DNA of 64,000 nt from Candidatus Latescibacterota bacterium. GTDB taxonomy: Bacteria > Latescibacterota > UBA2968. Shown piece by piece: positions 51,360-60,603 of this stretch (positions within the stretch are counted from its first letter, which is position 1; every line of letters starts with the position of its first letter). Below the pieces are notes generated by a model that was not told the origin of the DNA, made no database searches, and saw only the letters and a list, made by a program, of their open reading frames with translations. Both the position numbers and the translations under genes were made by a program. The stretch covers positions 3,616,001 through 3,680,000 of the forward strand of contig OZ240241.1 in the NCBI GenBank assembly GCA_965198115.1, in the 5' to 3' direction.

Positions 51360-52240
51360 ACGTTCAGAACGAACGACTGACGGCGGGGGCAGCCGGCCTC
51401 ACACTCTTAACGGCCATACTCTGGGGAGGGAACTCGGTCGCCATCAAAATAGCGCTGGCCGGGGTTCCGCCTCTGGCACTCGCTGGAGTCCGCTTCCTGC
51501 TGGGGGGTCTCTTTCTCACGGTGTGGTGCGTCATAAGCCGGACGACGATCCGTCCCGCGAACGGAGAAACACCACGTATCCTCCGCCTTCTGATCCTATT
51601 CGTTGCTCAGATCAGCCTGCTGAATGGGGGCACTGCGAACACGCTCGCCGCCCGATCCACCGTCTTCATTTCTGCTCACCCGTTCTTCACCGCCCTGTTC
51701 GCCCATTTGTTCATTCGAGGAGACCAGAGCGGAGCTACGCGCTTTTGGGGGATGGCGCTTTCCTTCTCGGGAGTGATTCTCGTCTTCGGCGAGAGTATCG
51801 CCCGGGCCGAGTGGACCTATCTGAAGGGCGACCTCATGGTCCTGCTCAGTGCGCTGCTCCTCGGTGCGCGTCAGGTCTACCTCAAACGGCTCGCCCAGGA
51901 TATCCTACCCGCACGGCTGCTCGTCTGGCAATCCGCTCTCAGTCTACCCGTCTTTTTCGGGGCAAGTTTTCTATTCGAACATATAGGGCAAGTCACGCTC
52001 CCGACTGACGTCATTCTTGGGATCTTCTACCAGGGCCTCGTGATCGCCGGTTTCTGCTTCCTCGTACTGACCAACCTTCTCAAACGCTATCGGGCGAGCC
52101 AGATCGGCGTCTTCGGATTCGTCACTCCCATCTTTGGGGTGATCCTCAGCAACCTGCTGTTAGGCGAACCGGTTTCACCGGGACTGCTCGGAAGTATGGT
52201 CCTGGTCGGTGCGGGCATCGCGTTGGCCAACCGCGACTAG
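51356..52240 (+). CDS. DMT/EamA family transporter
   Basis: ILWGGN..AIK..VPPL..RF duplicated 5-TM unit; LLGEP motif. Confidence 0.88.
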   Translation: MNVQNERLTAGAAGLTLLTAILWGGNSVAIKIALAGVPPLALAGVRFLLGGLFLTVWCVISRTTIRPANGETPRILRLLILFVAQISLLNGGTANTLAARSTVFISAHPFFTALFAHLFIRGDQSGATRFWGMALSFSGVILVFGESIARAEWTYLKGDLMVLLSALLLGARQVYLKRLAQDILPARLLVWQSALSLPVFFGASFLFEHIGQVTLPTDVILGIFYQGLVIAGFCFLVLTNLLKRYRASQIGVFGFVTPIFGVILSNLLLGEPVSPGLLGSMVLVGAGIALANRD

Positions 52241-53580
52241 GCATCCCCAACGAGCACGAAAGCTACATCTGCCACGTTCGTGCCGGTCGGGCCGGTCATC
52301 ACCAGATCGTCGAGCGCTTTAAAGAAGTGGTAGGCATCGTTGTTTCTCAGATACTCGTTCGACGACAGCTCGGCCTCTTCGGCCCGCTCCATCGTCTGGC
52401 CGTCCGACACGGCACCTGCCGCATCGGTCGGGCCGTCGGTGCCATCCGTGCCCCCGCTGAACAACACGAGGGGTGACCAGCCAGCAATCTGCTGCGCCCC
52501 TGCCAGGGCGATCTCCTGATTCCGCCCACCCTTCCCTGATCCACGAACCGTCACGGTCGTCTCTCCACCCGCAATCACGCAGGCCGGGGGCGCGACAGGC
52601 GTTCCCGACGACAGGATCTCCTTCCCGATTGCGGAATAAACGTGTGCGATCTCTCGGGCCTCGCCTTCCAGACGCGTCGTGAGAACCAACGTGTTATAGC
52701 CCAGCTCGACGGCCTTCTCGTGGGCGGCGAATACGGCCAGGCCGTTACTTCCGACGACCACGTTCTGAACACGGGAAAGCGCCTCGTCTCCGGGTTTGGG
52801 TGTGTCGCCCACCTCTCCCGACAATCCGAGCTTGAGACGCTCAGCCACAGTCGCCGGCAGAGAGTCGGTCAACTCGTACTTCGAGAAGATTTCTGCACAC
52901 GTCTTGTATGTCGACGAATCCGGAACCGTCGGTCCCGACGCGATCACGTCGAGCGGATCCCCGATGACGTCGGACAACATCAGGGCGACAACCGTCGCGG
53001 GAAAGGCCATACGGGCGAGCCCCCCCCCCTTGACGCGGGAGAGATGTTTTCGCACCGCGTTCAGTTCGACGATGTTCGCACCGCACGACAGGAGCAGACG
53101 CGTCGTCTCCTGCTTGTCTTCCAGCGTAATGCCCTCACAAGGCGCCGGTAAAATCGCCGACCCGCCGCCCGAGAGCAGGCAGATCACCAGCGTGTGTTCA
53201 TCGGCCTCCTCCAGGAGTGCCAGGATGCGGTTCGTCCCTTCCACACCGGCGAGATCAGGAACCGGATGGCCGCACTCGACCGTCTCGATCTGCGTCAGAG
53301 GCTCCGAGTGTTCGTATTTGGTGTTGATGAGACCCGCGGTGATGCGGTCACCCAGGATCGACTCGAGCGCGACCGCCATGCGTGGGGTCGCCTTCCCGGC
53401 ACCCACAGCCACAACGTTCTCGAAGATACCGAGGTCGTATGTCTGCCCGTCGATCGTGAGCGTGTCGCCGTCCAGCGAAACAAAGGACTTCACGCATTGT
53501 TCCGCATCGACCGCGTGAACGGCCGACCCGAAAATCCGGTCCGCGTCCGCGCGCATACGGGCCACATCGTAGCTACTCAT
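52237..53580 (-). CDS. glycerate 2-kinase (MOFRL/TtuD family)
   Basis: GAGKA, HPVPD, SGGGSA, VKGG, IASGPT, GGETTV, GGRNQE, TDGTDG and TGTNV motifs. Confidence 0.93.
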   Translation of the reverse strand: MSSYDVARMRADADRIFGSAVHAVDAEQCVKSFVSLDGDTLTIDGQTYDLGIFENVVAVGAGKATPRMAVALESILGDRITAGLINTKYEHSEPLTQIETVECGHPVPDLAGVEGTNRILALLEEADEHTLVICLLSGGGSAILPAPCEGITLEDKQETTRLLLSCGANIVELNAVRKHLSRVKGGGLARMAFPATVVALMLSDVIGDPLDVIASGPTVPDSSTYKTCAEIFSKYELTDSLPATVAERLKLGLSGEVGDTPKPGDEALSRVQNVVVGSNGLAVFAAHEKAVELGYNTLVLTTRLEGEAREIAHVYSAIGKEILSSGTPVAPPACVIAGGETTVTVRGSGKGGRNQEIALAGAQQIAGWSPLVLFSGGTDGTDGPTDAAGAVSDGQTMERAEEAELSSNEYLRNNDAYHFFKALDDLVMTGPTGTNVADVAFVLVGDA

Positions 53581-54328
53581 AAAGATCCTTCCTCGAATGC
53601 CTGAACGGCCGCTTCTTGATCCTCATTCTCGATGGACGCGCACGCCTCACCTCCGTGATCGCTTCTTCCGACTTTGCCCCACAGTGGACGAGATAGGCCG
53701 CCAGGAAGGTCCCGGTCCGGCCGAATCCACCCAGGCAATGAACCAGAACTGGATGGTTCTGCGGAAGCAACCGATCGACATACGCGTTGAACGTCTCGAC
53801 CTGATCAGCCGTCGGGACTCCACCGTCCGGGACCGGAAGATGGAGCGATTCCACATCGGACTCCTCGATCCACTCTTCGGGCAGGGCTCGCTCGGTCAGA
53901 GTCACGAGATGCTGAATGCCCTGCGATCGCACGAACGCAAGGTCCTCAAGAGCCAGCTTCTCCGATCGAACAAACCGATCGACTTCGGACCCACCATCCC
54001 CGAAACCCTCCCGCACCGATGACAGAATGCCCCACGTATCACGAAACTTCCGATACATAGCCGGCATCCGCTGGTCGACATCGACACGACCCAATCCGAT
54101 GTCTTCGGCTAACTGTTCCCGGTTGGCTGCCAGGGAGCGTGACGAATTGAGCCAAGAGAGAAAACGCTGTTCGTGAGGCAGCATCTCCCCCGAGAACTCG
54201 AGCCCGCATCCCGGACGTCCCAAAGCAAGATGACCTGGAACGAGCCAGGAGAAGTTGAACGGCAATGCATCCTCAATTCGAACACGCTGATGGGAAGGAA
54301 GGCGCGTAATGATAAATAAATCGGGCAC
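53573..54328 (-). CDS. dual-specificity/tyrosine phosphatase-like protein
   Basis: NFSWL, LVTLTE, VPDG and HCLGGFGRTG (CX5R) motifs; start and C-terminus uncertain. Confidence 0.8.
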   Translation of the reverse strand: MPDLFIITRLPSHQRVRIEDALPFNFSWLVPGHLALGRPGCGLEFSGEMLPHEQRFLSWLNSSRSLAANREQLAEDIGLGRVDVDQRMPAMYRKFRDTWGILSSVREGFGDGGSEVDRFVRSEKLALEDLAFVRSQGIQHLVTLTERALPEEWIEESDVESLHLPVPDGGVPTADQVETFNAYVDRLLPQNHPVLVHCLGGFGRTGTFLAAYLVHCGAKSEEAITEVRRARPSRMRIKKRPFRHSRKDLYE

Positions 54329-54341
54329 TCCAAACAAACAG

Positions 54342-55310
54342 TCACCCGTCGAGGAGAGCGCCGATCTGGTCGGGTGCGAGGTGGATGCACCAGTCAGCCG
54401 TCGGAGCGTAAGACGTGTGCCAGGCCTCGAGACGACCGCGCACCTCGGGTTGCGCGTCTTGGGCCAGACGCCGCCACAGCGCCAGCCCCCTAGCCGCTGC
54501 CCAACAGAGGTAGGACGGTAACTGGTCGATTTCTTGGTCTCCCAGCGGGTAGACCCCGTGGTAGGCCTTGAGAAAGGCTGAACGCTCCACGGGCAGGGGC
54601 CCGGAGGGTGCCACGGCGGCGCCAAAGAACACAGTGGCGTAGGCCAGGTCCCACAGCCGCGTGCCAAAACGGGCATCGTCGAAATCCAGCACGCCAGCGA
54701 CTCGGCTACCCCGGTAGACAAGATTTTGAGCCCGGTAATCGCCGTGACAGAGTCCACAGGTCACCGTCCGCAAGCGCGCGGTGTCGACCCTCTCGCTCAA
54801 ATCTCGAACCACATCACCATCCGGAAGCCTCCTGAGCCCGTCCGCGAACCGCGCGAAGACGTCAGCGTCCGAAACAGTTGCGTCGGCGCGGTGACAGGTT
54901 CGATGGAGCCACGCAAGGGCCCGAGCCGCCGATCGAATCTGATCCGTCCGGCCAGCGGAGTACGTCTGACCGCCCAGGTAGGGAAAGAGAACGAAGAACT
55001 GTATCGTCTGACCGGAGGGTCGAAGGGATACGGTGGGATTGTCGGCCCCCCCTTCGTGAGGCTTCAGAGGTAGCACTGCGGGAGCGCCGTGGTCAGCCGC
55101 CAGTCTCGAGAGACGAAGGGATTCCGTGATCCGATCCCGGTCGACAGTGGCGTAGACCTTCGCGACGAACGATCGAGTCCGACCTTCCATGAAGAGCACG
55201 GTGGAATGGGGACCCGTCCGACCCCGGCCGATCGTCACTTTGTGCCCGAAGACACGCTCGATCGCTTCCACGAGCCCGTCTGGTACATCGACACGACCGT
55301 AGTTCATCAT
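54342..55310 (-). CDS. APH/type II homoserine kinase-like phosphotransferase
   Basis: LAWLH, CHGDYRAQN and VLDFDD motifs. Confidence 0.85.
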   Translation of the reverse strand: MMNYGRVDVPDGLVEAIERVFGHKVTIGRGRTGPHSTVLFMEGRTRSFVAKVYATVDRDRITESLRLSRLAADHGAPAVLPLKPHEGGADNPTVSLRPSGQTIQFFVLFPYLGGQTYSAGRTDQIRSAARALAWLHRTCHRADATVSDADVFARFADGLRRLPDGDVVRDLSERVDTARLRTVTCGLCHGDYRAQNLVYRGSRVAGVLDFDDARFGTRLWDLAYATVFFGAAVAPSGPLPVERSAFLKAYHGVYPLGDQEIDQLPSYLCWAAARGLALWRRLAQDAQPEVRGRLEAWHTSYAPTADWCIHLAPDQIGALLDG

Positions 55311-56197
55311 TCCGCAGCATCCACGTGCTGATTCAGAATCTCCAGGAAGGTGTCGGCCGCCGGCGACAGATAGCCACCCGGCCGGAGGATCAACGACACC
55401 TGCCGGGCAGGAATCCCACTCACATCCAGAAGACAGAGAGCGCCCTCCGACCGCTCACGTTCGACCGCCACTTCGGGCACGATCGCAATGCCCAGACCGA
55501 TACTCACGTATTTCTTAATCACTTCGATACTGCCCAGTTCCATCACGACCTTGGGCCGCAAGCCCACATCGAGGAGTGCCCGGTCGACCAGCCCCCGACT
55601 GGTACTGCCGGGCTCGAGCATGAGCCAGTTCTCGTCGGCCAGGTCGGGGAGCCCGAGTCCTCTGCTGCCCTCGAGTGGATGGCCGCGTGGGGCGATCACC
55701 ACATCCTCCCGTTCGAACAGGTGCGAGGTCACGACACCGGTGTGTCCAACTGGCATAGTTGCGATACCGAAGTCGACTGCCCCTTCGACGACCAGACGCA
55801 CGACCTCCGGCGACATACGGTCTGTCAGACGAATGTCCACGCCCGGGTACCGTCTTCGAAACACCCGTACGCTTTGAGGGAGGACGTAGGTGCAGTTGGT
55901 ATCGCTCGTGCCAATGCTCAAGTGGCCCGTGTTGAGAGCCCCGAGACCCGAAAGATCCTCCCGAGCCCGGTCCACGAGCGCCAGAATCTGTTCGGCTCTT
56001 TGGCAGAGAAGACGGCCGGCGTTCGTGATCGTCACACGCTTCCCGTGTCGCTCGAACAGCCTTTGACCGACTTCCTCTTCAAGCGCCTTGATCTGCAGAC
56101 TCACCGCAGGCTGAGTCAGGAAGAGTTTCTCTGCTGCGCGTGTGAAGCTTCGCTCCCTGGCGATTTCGACAAGACCTTTCAGCTGATCCAGGTCCAT
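55307..56197 (-). CDS. LysR family transcriptional regulator
   Basis: SFTRAAEKLFLTQPAVSLQIKALE HTH and VSIGLGIAIVP motifs. Confidence 0.95.
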   Translation of the reverse strand: MDLDQLKGLVEIARERSFTRAAEKLFLTQPAVSLQIKALEEEVGQRLFERHGKRVTITNAGRLLCQRAEQILALVDRAREDLSGLGALNTGHLSIGTSDTNCTYVLPQSVRVFRRRYPGVDIRLTDRMSPEVVRLVVEGAVDFGIATMPVGHTGVVTSHLFEREDVVIAPRGHPLEGSRGLGLPDLADENWLMLEPGSTSRGLVDRALLDVGLRPKVVMELGSIEVIKKYVSIGLGIAIVPEVAVERERSEGALCLLDVSGIPARQVSLILRPGGYLSPAADTFLEILNQHVDAAE

Positions 56198-56228
56198 AAG
56201 CCCAACCTATGCGATAGTAGATTTCAAT
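56196..56228. promoter_or_regulatory. candidate LysR boxes (T-N11-A)
   Basis: ATAAG-CCCAA-CCTAT and ATAGTAGATTTCAAT, overlapping and just upstream of the LysR start codon. Confidence 0.5.
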
Positions 56229-56419
56229 AGGGCAAAGTTATGACGTAAGGTAAAAGGAACCGGGCAATGGCCGCCAAACCTGGTCAGGCGGTCACAGCCA
56301 GGCCTACGTATGTCGGTTTCGGCCCCGGGTCGGTCTGGCTCTTCGGGTTGATAGTTCAGGCGAATACGAATAGGGGTTCGAACCTCGTTCGAACCCCTTG
56401 CTTAGGTCTGAACATCATT

Positions 56420-56455
56420 AAAAAAAGAGCGAGTGACCTCCCGAGTCACTCGCTC
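56420..56455 (-). terminator. intrinsic terminator
   Basis: GAGCGAGTGAC-loop-GTCACTCGCTC-TTTTTTT on the minus strand. Confidence 0.85.
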
Positions 56456-56558
56456 GTGTTCACCATCGGTCCCCCTCTGGACCCACCTTCCTTCCCCTCT
56501 CCCCTGTTAGTGAAGGAAGGTGAATCGCAACTCAACCGACAGTGATGTTAGACTTGAA

Positions 56559-56870
56559 TCACGCCGCCAGAGTCTGGGAGCTGTCGGAGTCGGTCTGGAA
56601 CGTGTGACCGGCAGCGATCAACCAGCTCTTTTCGTAATCGTCGAGCACCTGAAGCCAGAGACTGCGATCGCACCGGCCAGCCACGTAGGCCTTCGCGCAG
56701 GCATCCACCTGTCGCTCCAGACACGTCACGTCATCGATCCGATCGTCTGAAATGGTGGCGTGTGCAGAGCCGATCGTGCCTGCCACGCGTTCGATGACTT
56801 TTTCGAGTTCCCGACTCAGGTCCTCTGTGCGGACGATGTTGTCCATGTCTGCGGCCACGGTGCGAATCAC
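56559..56870 (-). CDS. small hypothetical protein (103 aa)
   Basis: Has its own promoter, GAGGGAG RBS, GTG start and terminator; no recognised domain. Confidence 0.7.
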   Translation of the reverse strand: MIRTVAADMDNIVRTEDLSRELEKVIERVAGTIGSAHATISDDRIDDVTCLERQVDACAKAYVAGRCDRSLWLQVLDDYEKSWLIAAGHTFQTDSDSSQTLAA

Positions 56871-56929
56871 GTTGATCTCCCTCTTCCTGAGGCGCCCAGG
56901 CGCCTTCCTGTTTTGAATACCTGCACAAA

Positions 56930-56958
56930 AAGATACTACTCATCCGTATACCTGTCAA
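56930..56958 (-). promoter_or_regulatory. sigma70 promoter
   Basis: TTGACA-17 nt-TATCTT. Confidence 0.75.
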
Positions 56959-57033
56959 GGCTGCTCTGAAAAAATGCAGACGCCCTTCCGAGCGTTCGCC
57001 CCACCTGGTGGGAGGGTGTGTCCAGGCAGGGAC

Positions 57034-57178
57034 AAACAAGAAAGGGCGTCTGACTCAATCAGTCAGACGCCTCGGTGCCGGGTCAAGTTCCCGACTCAAG
57101 ATCTATATAAAACGGGATCCTCGGTCATCCCACCCCTAGTATGCCCGAGGATCCCAATTGGGCCATCCCAATAGCCCC
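57034..57178 (-). ncRNA. candidate orphan small RNA (~145 nt)
   Basis: Lies between a TTGACA-17-TATACT promoter and an 11-bp terminator stem with a U-rich tail; two internal hairpins; no credible ORF. Confidence 0.6.
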
Positions 57179-57183
57179 ACAAA

Positions 57184-57212
57184 AGTATACAGCGACGCCG
57201 AACCAGTGTCAA
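57184..57212 (-). promoter_or_regulatory. near-consensus sigma70 promoter
   Basis: TTGACA-17 nt-TATACT on the minus strand. Confidence 0.8.
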
Positions 57213-57293
57213 CAGAGATTTCGCAACGGACAGCGCGGTCTGATTGCCCGGAAACTGGCCTTTTTTCGCCCGGAGACGTATTTTGTCGCGGCT

Positions 57294-57333
57294 AAAAGGG
57301 CCCTGTCGATCCAGATGATGAGTCGACAGGGCC
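57294..57333 (-). terminator. terminator after tRNA-Glu
   Basis: GGCCCTGTCGA / TCGACAGGGCC stem followed by CTTTT. Confidence 0.7.
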
Positions 57334-57342
57334 TCGAAGAAG

Positions 57343-57417
57343 TGGTGACCCCGAGGGGAATCGAACCCCCGTTACCGGCGTGAAAGGCCGGTGTCCTAAC
57401 CGCTGAACGACGGGGTC
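57343..57417 (-). tRNA. tRNA-Glu (TTC)
   Basis: Cloverleaf GACCCCG/CGGGGTC, anticodon arm CCGGC-CTTTCAC-GCCGG, CCA end. Confidence 0.97.
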
Positions 57418-57533
57418 ACGCAGTGGCCTGAATATATAGAAAACCAGAATACCGAGCAAGCATCACATACGTAATCATAACTATTTGTTTAAAAAAGGTT
57501 TAAACTGTATTTGGCCTGCGAAAGGAACCCCTC

Positions 57534-58518
57534 GTGACCGACCACAAAGTGCTGCTGTTCGAACCCGTACACCAGAAGGGGCTCGATCACCTGACGCAGA
57601 ATGGTGCCGCAGTCATCTATGCGGATGGATTCGGCGCGGAGTCGATCAAACGGGCCGTTTCGGATGTCGATGCCATCCTCGCCCGCGCTCAGGGCAGCAT
57701 CGACGGGGAAGTCATGGACGCGGCCCCGAACCTGAAAGTCGTGGGTCGGCACGGAATCGGGGTCGACAATGTCGACGTCGAGGCAGCCACCGATCGGGGC
57801 ATATTCGTCGTAAACACACCCGTCGCACCGGCCGAGTCGGTGGCTGAGTTCGTCGTGATGGGCATGATCGCGTTACCCCGGCGGATCGTGCAGGCAGATG
57901 CGGCGACTCGCAACCTCCGTTGGAGTTTCAGGAACGAGGTCCACGCGGCCTGAGCTCGTGGGCAGGACCCTCGGAATCGTGGGTTTTGGCAGGATCGGCC
58001 GTCGCATCGCCGAAATCTGCTCGCTCGGCTTTCGGATGAACGTCATTTACACGGATGCCTACGCGGCCCCCGTGGAGGAGGAGAAGCGTCTTCGCGCCAT
58101 CCGCGTCGAGCTGAACGACCTGCTCTCGAGGTCCGATTTCGTCTCCCTGAACGTGCCCCTGCTCGAATCGATCCATCATCTGATCGATGCCGAAGCCCTC
58201 TCCCCCATGAAGCCCGACGCCTACCTCGTCAACTGCTCGCGAGGACCCGTCATCGACGAGCCGGCGCTGGCCGAGGCCCTTCAGAATCGAAAGATCGCCG
58301 GGGCTGTGATCGACGTCTTCGAAAGCGAGCCCATCTCGGAGGGCAATCCCTTGCTCGACCTCGACAATGTGCTCCTGACGCCCCACTGTTCGGGTCACTC
58401 CATCGAGTCGACACAGGCCATGGCCATGGTCGCGTCGGACATCATCAAGGTCCTCGAGGGCAAGCAGCCGGTCTATCCGGTCAACGAGCCACCGAACCCT
58501 CGCCAACGCATCGGTTGA
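57534..58518 (+). CDS. D-isomer-specific 2-hydroxyacid dehydrogenase (SerA-like; frameshift near 57950)
   Basis: GRHGIGVDNVD, GIVGFGRIG, NCSRG, DVFESEP and TPH motifs. Confidence 0.88.
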
Positions 58519-58652
58519 CCAGCTAACTTGACAACTCATCGGGGTTTATGTTAATTAGCCGGGCTATTCAAACACCTGTCGCGACACGTCATTTCTCGAG
58601 CCAGACCACGGTTGGAAAGGGCACGACAACGGCACCCGGTGTTCACACATCA

Positions 58653-58729
58653 GGGCGATTAGCTCAGCTGGTTAGAGCGCTGGTTTCACATACCAGAGGT
58701 CACTGGTTCGAGTCCAGTATCGCCCACCA
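58653..58729 (+). tRNA. tRNA-Val (CAC)
   Basis: Cloverleaf GGGCGAT/ATCGCCC, anticodon arm CTGGT-TTCACAT-ACCAG, CCA end. Confidence 0.96.
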
Positions 58730-58784
58730 CTTCACACCGGCCGCCAGCCGCGAGAGTGCACAACCCAAACAGAATGAGCATTCA

Positions 58785-58825
58785 CAACGGTGCATCTCCC
58801 CCTTCGGAGATGCACCGTTGCTTTT
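58785..58825 (+). terminator. terminator after tRNA-Val
   Basis: CAACGGTGCATCTCC / GGAGATGCACCGTTG stem followed by CTTTT. Confidence 0.75.
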
Positions 58826-58852
58826 AGCCCCCACGTCAGGAGATCGCCCATT

Positions 58853-59572
58853 ATGAAGGAAAGCCTCCACCGGCTGCTGGAACTCCAGGAAATCGACAAG
58901 GAAATCGGCACCCTCGAGCGTTCGAAGCAGGAGTTTCCAGACGAGATCGATCGACTCAAGAGCGAGCTCGAAAGCGCGAGAAAATCGATCACCGAAACGG
59001 AAGAACGCGTCGCGGAACTGGAAAGTGGCAGACGGGCAATGGAGGGCGAACTCGAGACCATTAGCGAAGACCTGAAAAAACATCAGGACCGACTTTACGA
59101 GGTCAAATCCAACCGCGAGTACGACGCGTTGCAGCTCGAGATCGAATCCCTCGGGAACAGAAAGGACGAGCAGGAGAACGGCATTCTACAGTCCATCGAG
59201 GACTTTGAGGATCTATCGGGTAAGCTCGATGAAGACAAGTCCGCCTTCTCGCAACGTGAGACGGAGATCCTGGATCGGATCAACGATCTTGAGTCCAAGC
59301 TCGGGTCTGTCGAGGGAGACATTAAAGGCTGGATGACCAAGCGAAAGAAAATCGAGAAGGTGGTAGATGCGCCCGCTCTTTCCTCCTACAACAGGATCCG
59401 GCGAATGGTACGCGGGGGCGTGGCCGCCGTCGCAATAAAAAAAGGCGCCTGCGGCGGTTGCTTCAGGCAGCTTTCGCCCCAGTTGCTCGTCGAAGCGCGA
59501 CGAACGGACAAACTCCTTCGGTGCGAAAACTGTGGACGCATGTTGATCTGGAAGGACGAAGTTTTAGTGTAA
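58853..59572 (+). CDS. coiled-coil C4 zinc-ribbon protein (CT398/HP0958/DUF164 family)
   Basis: LLELQEID, NREYDAL and CGGC..CENCGRML motifs. Confidence 0.9.
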   Translation: MKESLHRLLELQEIDKEIGTLERSKQEFPDEIDRLKSELESARKSITETEERVAELESGRRAMEGELETISEDLKKHQDRLYEVKSNREYDALQLEIESLGNRKDEQENGILQSIEDFEDLSGKLDEDKSAFSQRETEILDRINDLESKLGSVEGDIKGWMTKRKKIEKVVDAPALSSYNRIRRMVRGGVAAVAIKKGACGGCFRQLSPQLLVEARRTDKLLRCENCGRMLIWKDEVLV

Positions 59573-59975
59573 GCGGGCCGGATGGTCGCGTCCCGAGGGG
59601 GCTTGCCTCCCGAGGGATGAGGAAAGTCCGAGCACCACAGGGCAGGATGCTGGGTAACACCCAGGCGGGGCAACCCGACGGAAAGTGCCACAGAGAACAG
59701 ACCGCCAGCGGGCCGGGTCACCCCGGCAGCGGGCAAGGGTGAAACGGTGGGGTAAGAGCCCACCGCGTCTTCGGAGACGAAGACGGCACGGCAAACCCCA
59801 TCCGGTGCAAGGCCTAATAGGAGCGGAGAGGCTGCCCGTCTCGTCCAGGCTGCTCGTCAGGGCTGCCACGCTCGGGTTGGCCGCACCGAGGTGTCGGGCA
59901 ACCGACATCCCAGATAAATGACCATCCGCCCGACCTCGTCGGGCGACAGAACTCGGCTTACAGGCCCGCTTGCAC
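59567..59975 (+). ncRNA. rnpB: RNase P RNA (type A)
   Basis: GAGGAAAGTCC, AGTGCCACAGAGA, GGGTGAAACGGTGGGGTAAGAGCCCACC and ACAGAACTCGGCTTA; P1 stem GTAAGCGGGCC/GGCCCGCTTGC. Confidence 0.97.
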
Positions 59976-60063
59976 GCTCGGCGGATCCAGATGCCCACGT
60001 TCATTCGAGCGAAGGCATCGGATCCGCCGAGTGTGTATCGACCCCTCAATCACCGGAGGCCCC

Positions 60064-60594
60064 GTGATCAACGTCTCTGGGGTATCGATCGAAATCGTTC
60101 GGGGCGACATTACCGGCCAGGATGTCGACGCGATCGTCAACGCCGCCAACAACCACTTTTGGATGGGAGCCGGTGTCGCTGGTGCGATAAAGAAAAAGGG
60201 CGGCGATTCGATCGAAATCGAGGCCACTTCTCAGGGTCCTGTCGAAGTCGGAGAATCCGTCATCACGGCCGGGGGGGCGTTGAAGGCGCGTTACGTCATT
60301 CACGCGGCCGGCATGGGTCAGGATCTGCAGACAGACGTCGTCAAGGTGGCCGCCGCGACGAGGAGCAGCCTGAACCTTGCCATCGACGCGAACCTCGAAA
60401 GCATCGCCTACCCCGCGATCGGAACCGGCGTTGGCGGTCTATCCCTCCAGGCCGCCGCGAAGGCCATGATCGACGCGACCGTCGACCGCTTGCTCGAGAG
60501 CCACGGAAACCTGAAGCAAGTCTGTTTCGTCTTGTTCGACGAACCGGGTTACGACGCGTATCGTGGATATCTGACCCAGAAATTCTCTGCCTGA
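60064..60594 (+). CDS. macro domain protein (YmdB-like ADP-ribose deacylase)
   Basis: GDIT..DAIVNAAN..GAGVAGAI, VIHA and PAIGTGVGG motifs. Confidence 0.92.
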   Translation: MINVSGVSIEIVRGDITGQDVDAIVNAANNHFWMGAGVAGAIKKKGGDSIEIEATSQGPVEVGESVITAGGALKARYVIHAAGMGQDLQTDVVKVAAATRSSLNLAIDANLESIAYPAIGTGVGGLSLQAAAKAMIDATVDRLLESHGNLKQVCFVLFDEPGYDAYRGYLTQKFSA

Positions 60595-60603
60595 GGAACA
60601 CAC

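Noticed and set aside
56373-56397. LexA (GAAC-N4-GTTC) box
   Set aside because: Spacing is N3 and the sequence is better explained as an 11-bp RNA hairpin.
60064-60594. Macro domain as a Thoeris or DarTG component
   Set aside because: Single-domain YmdB-like protein in a housekeeping context with no TIR or DarT gene.
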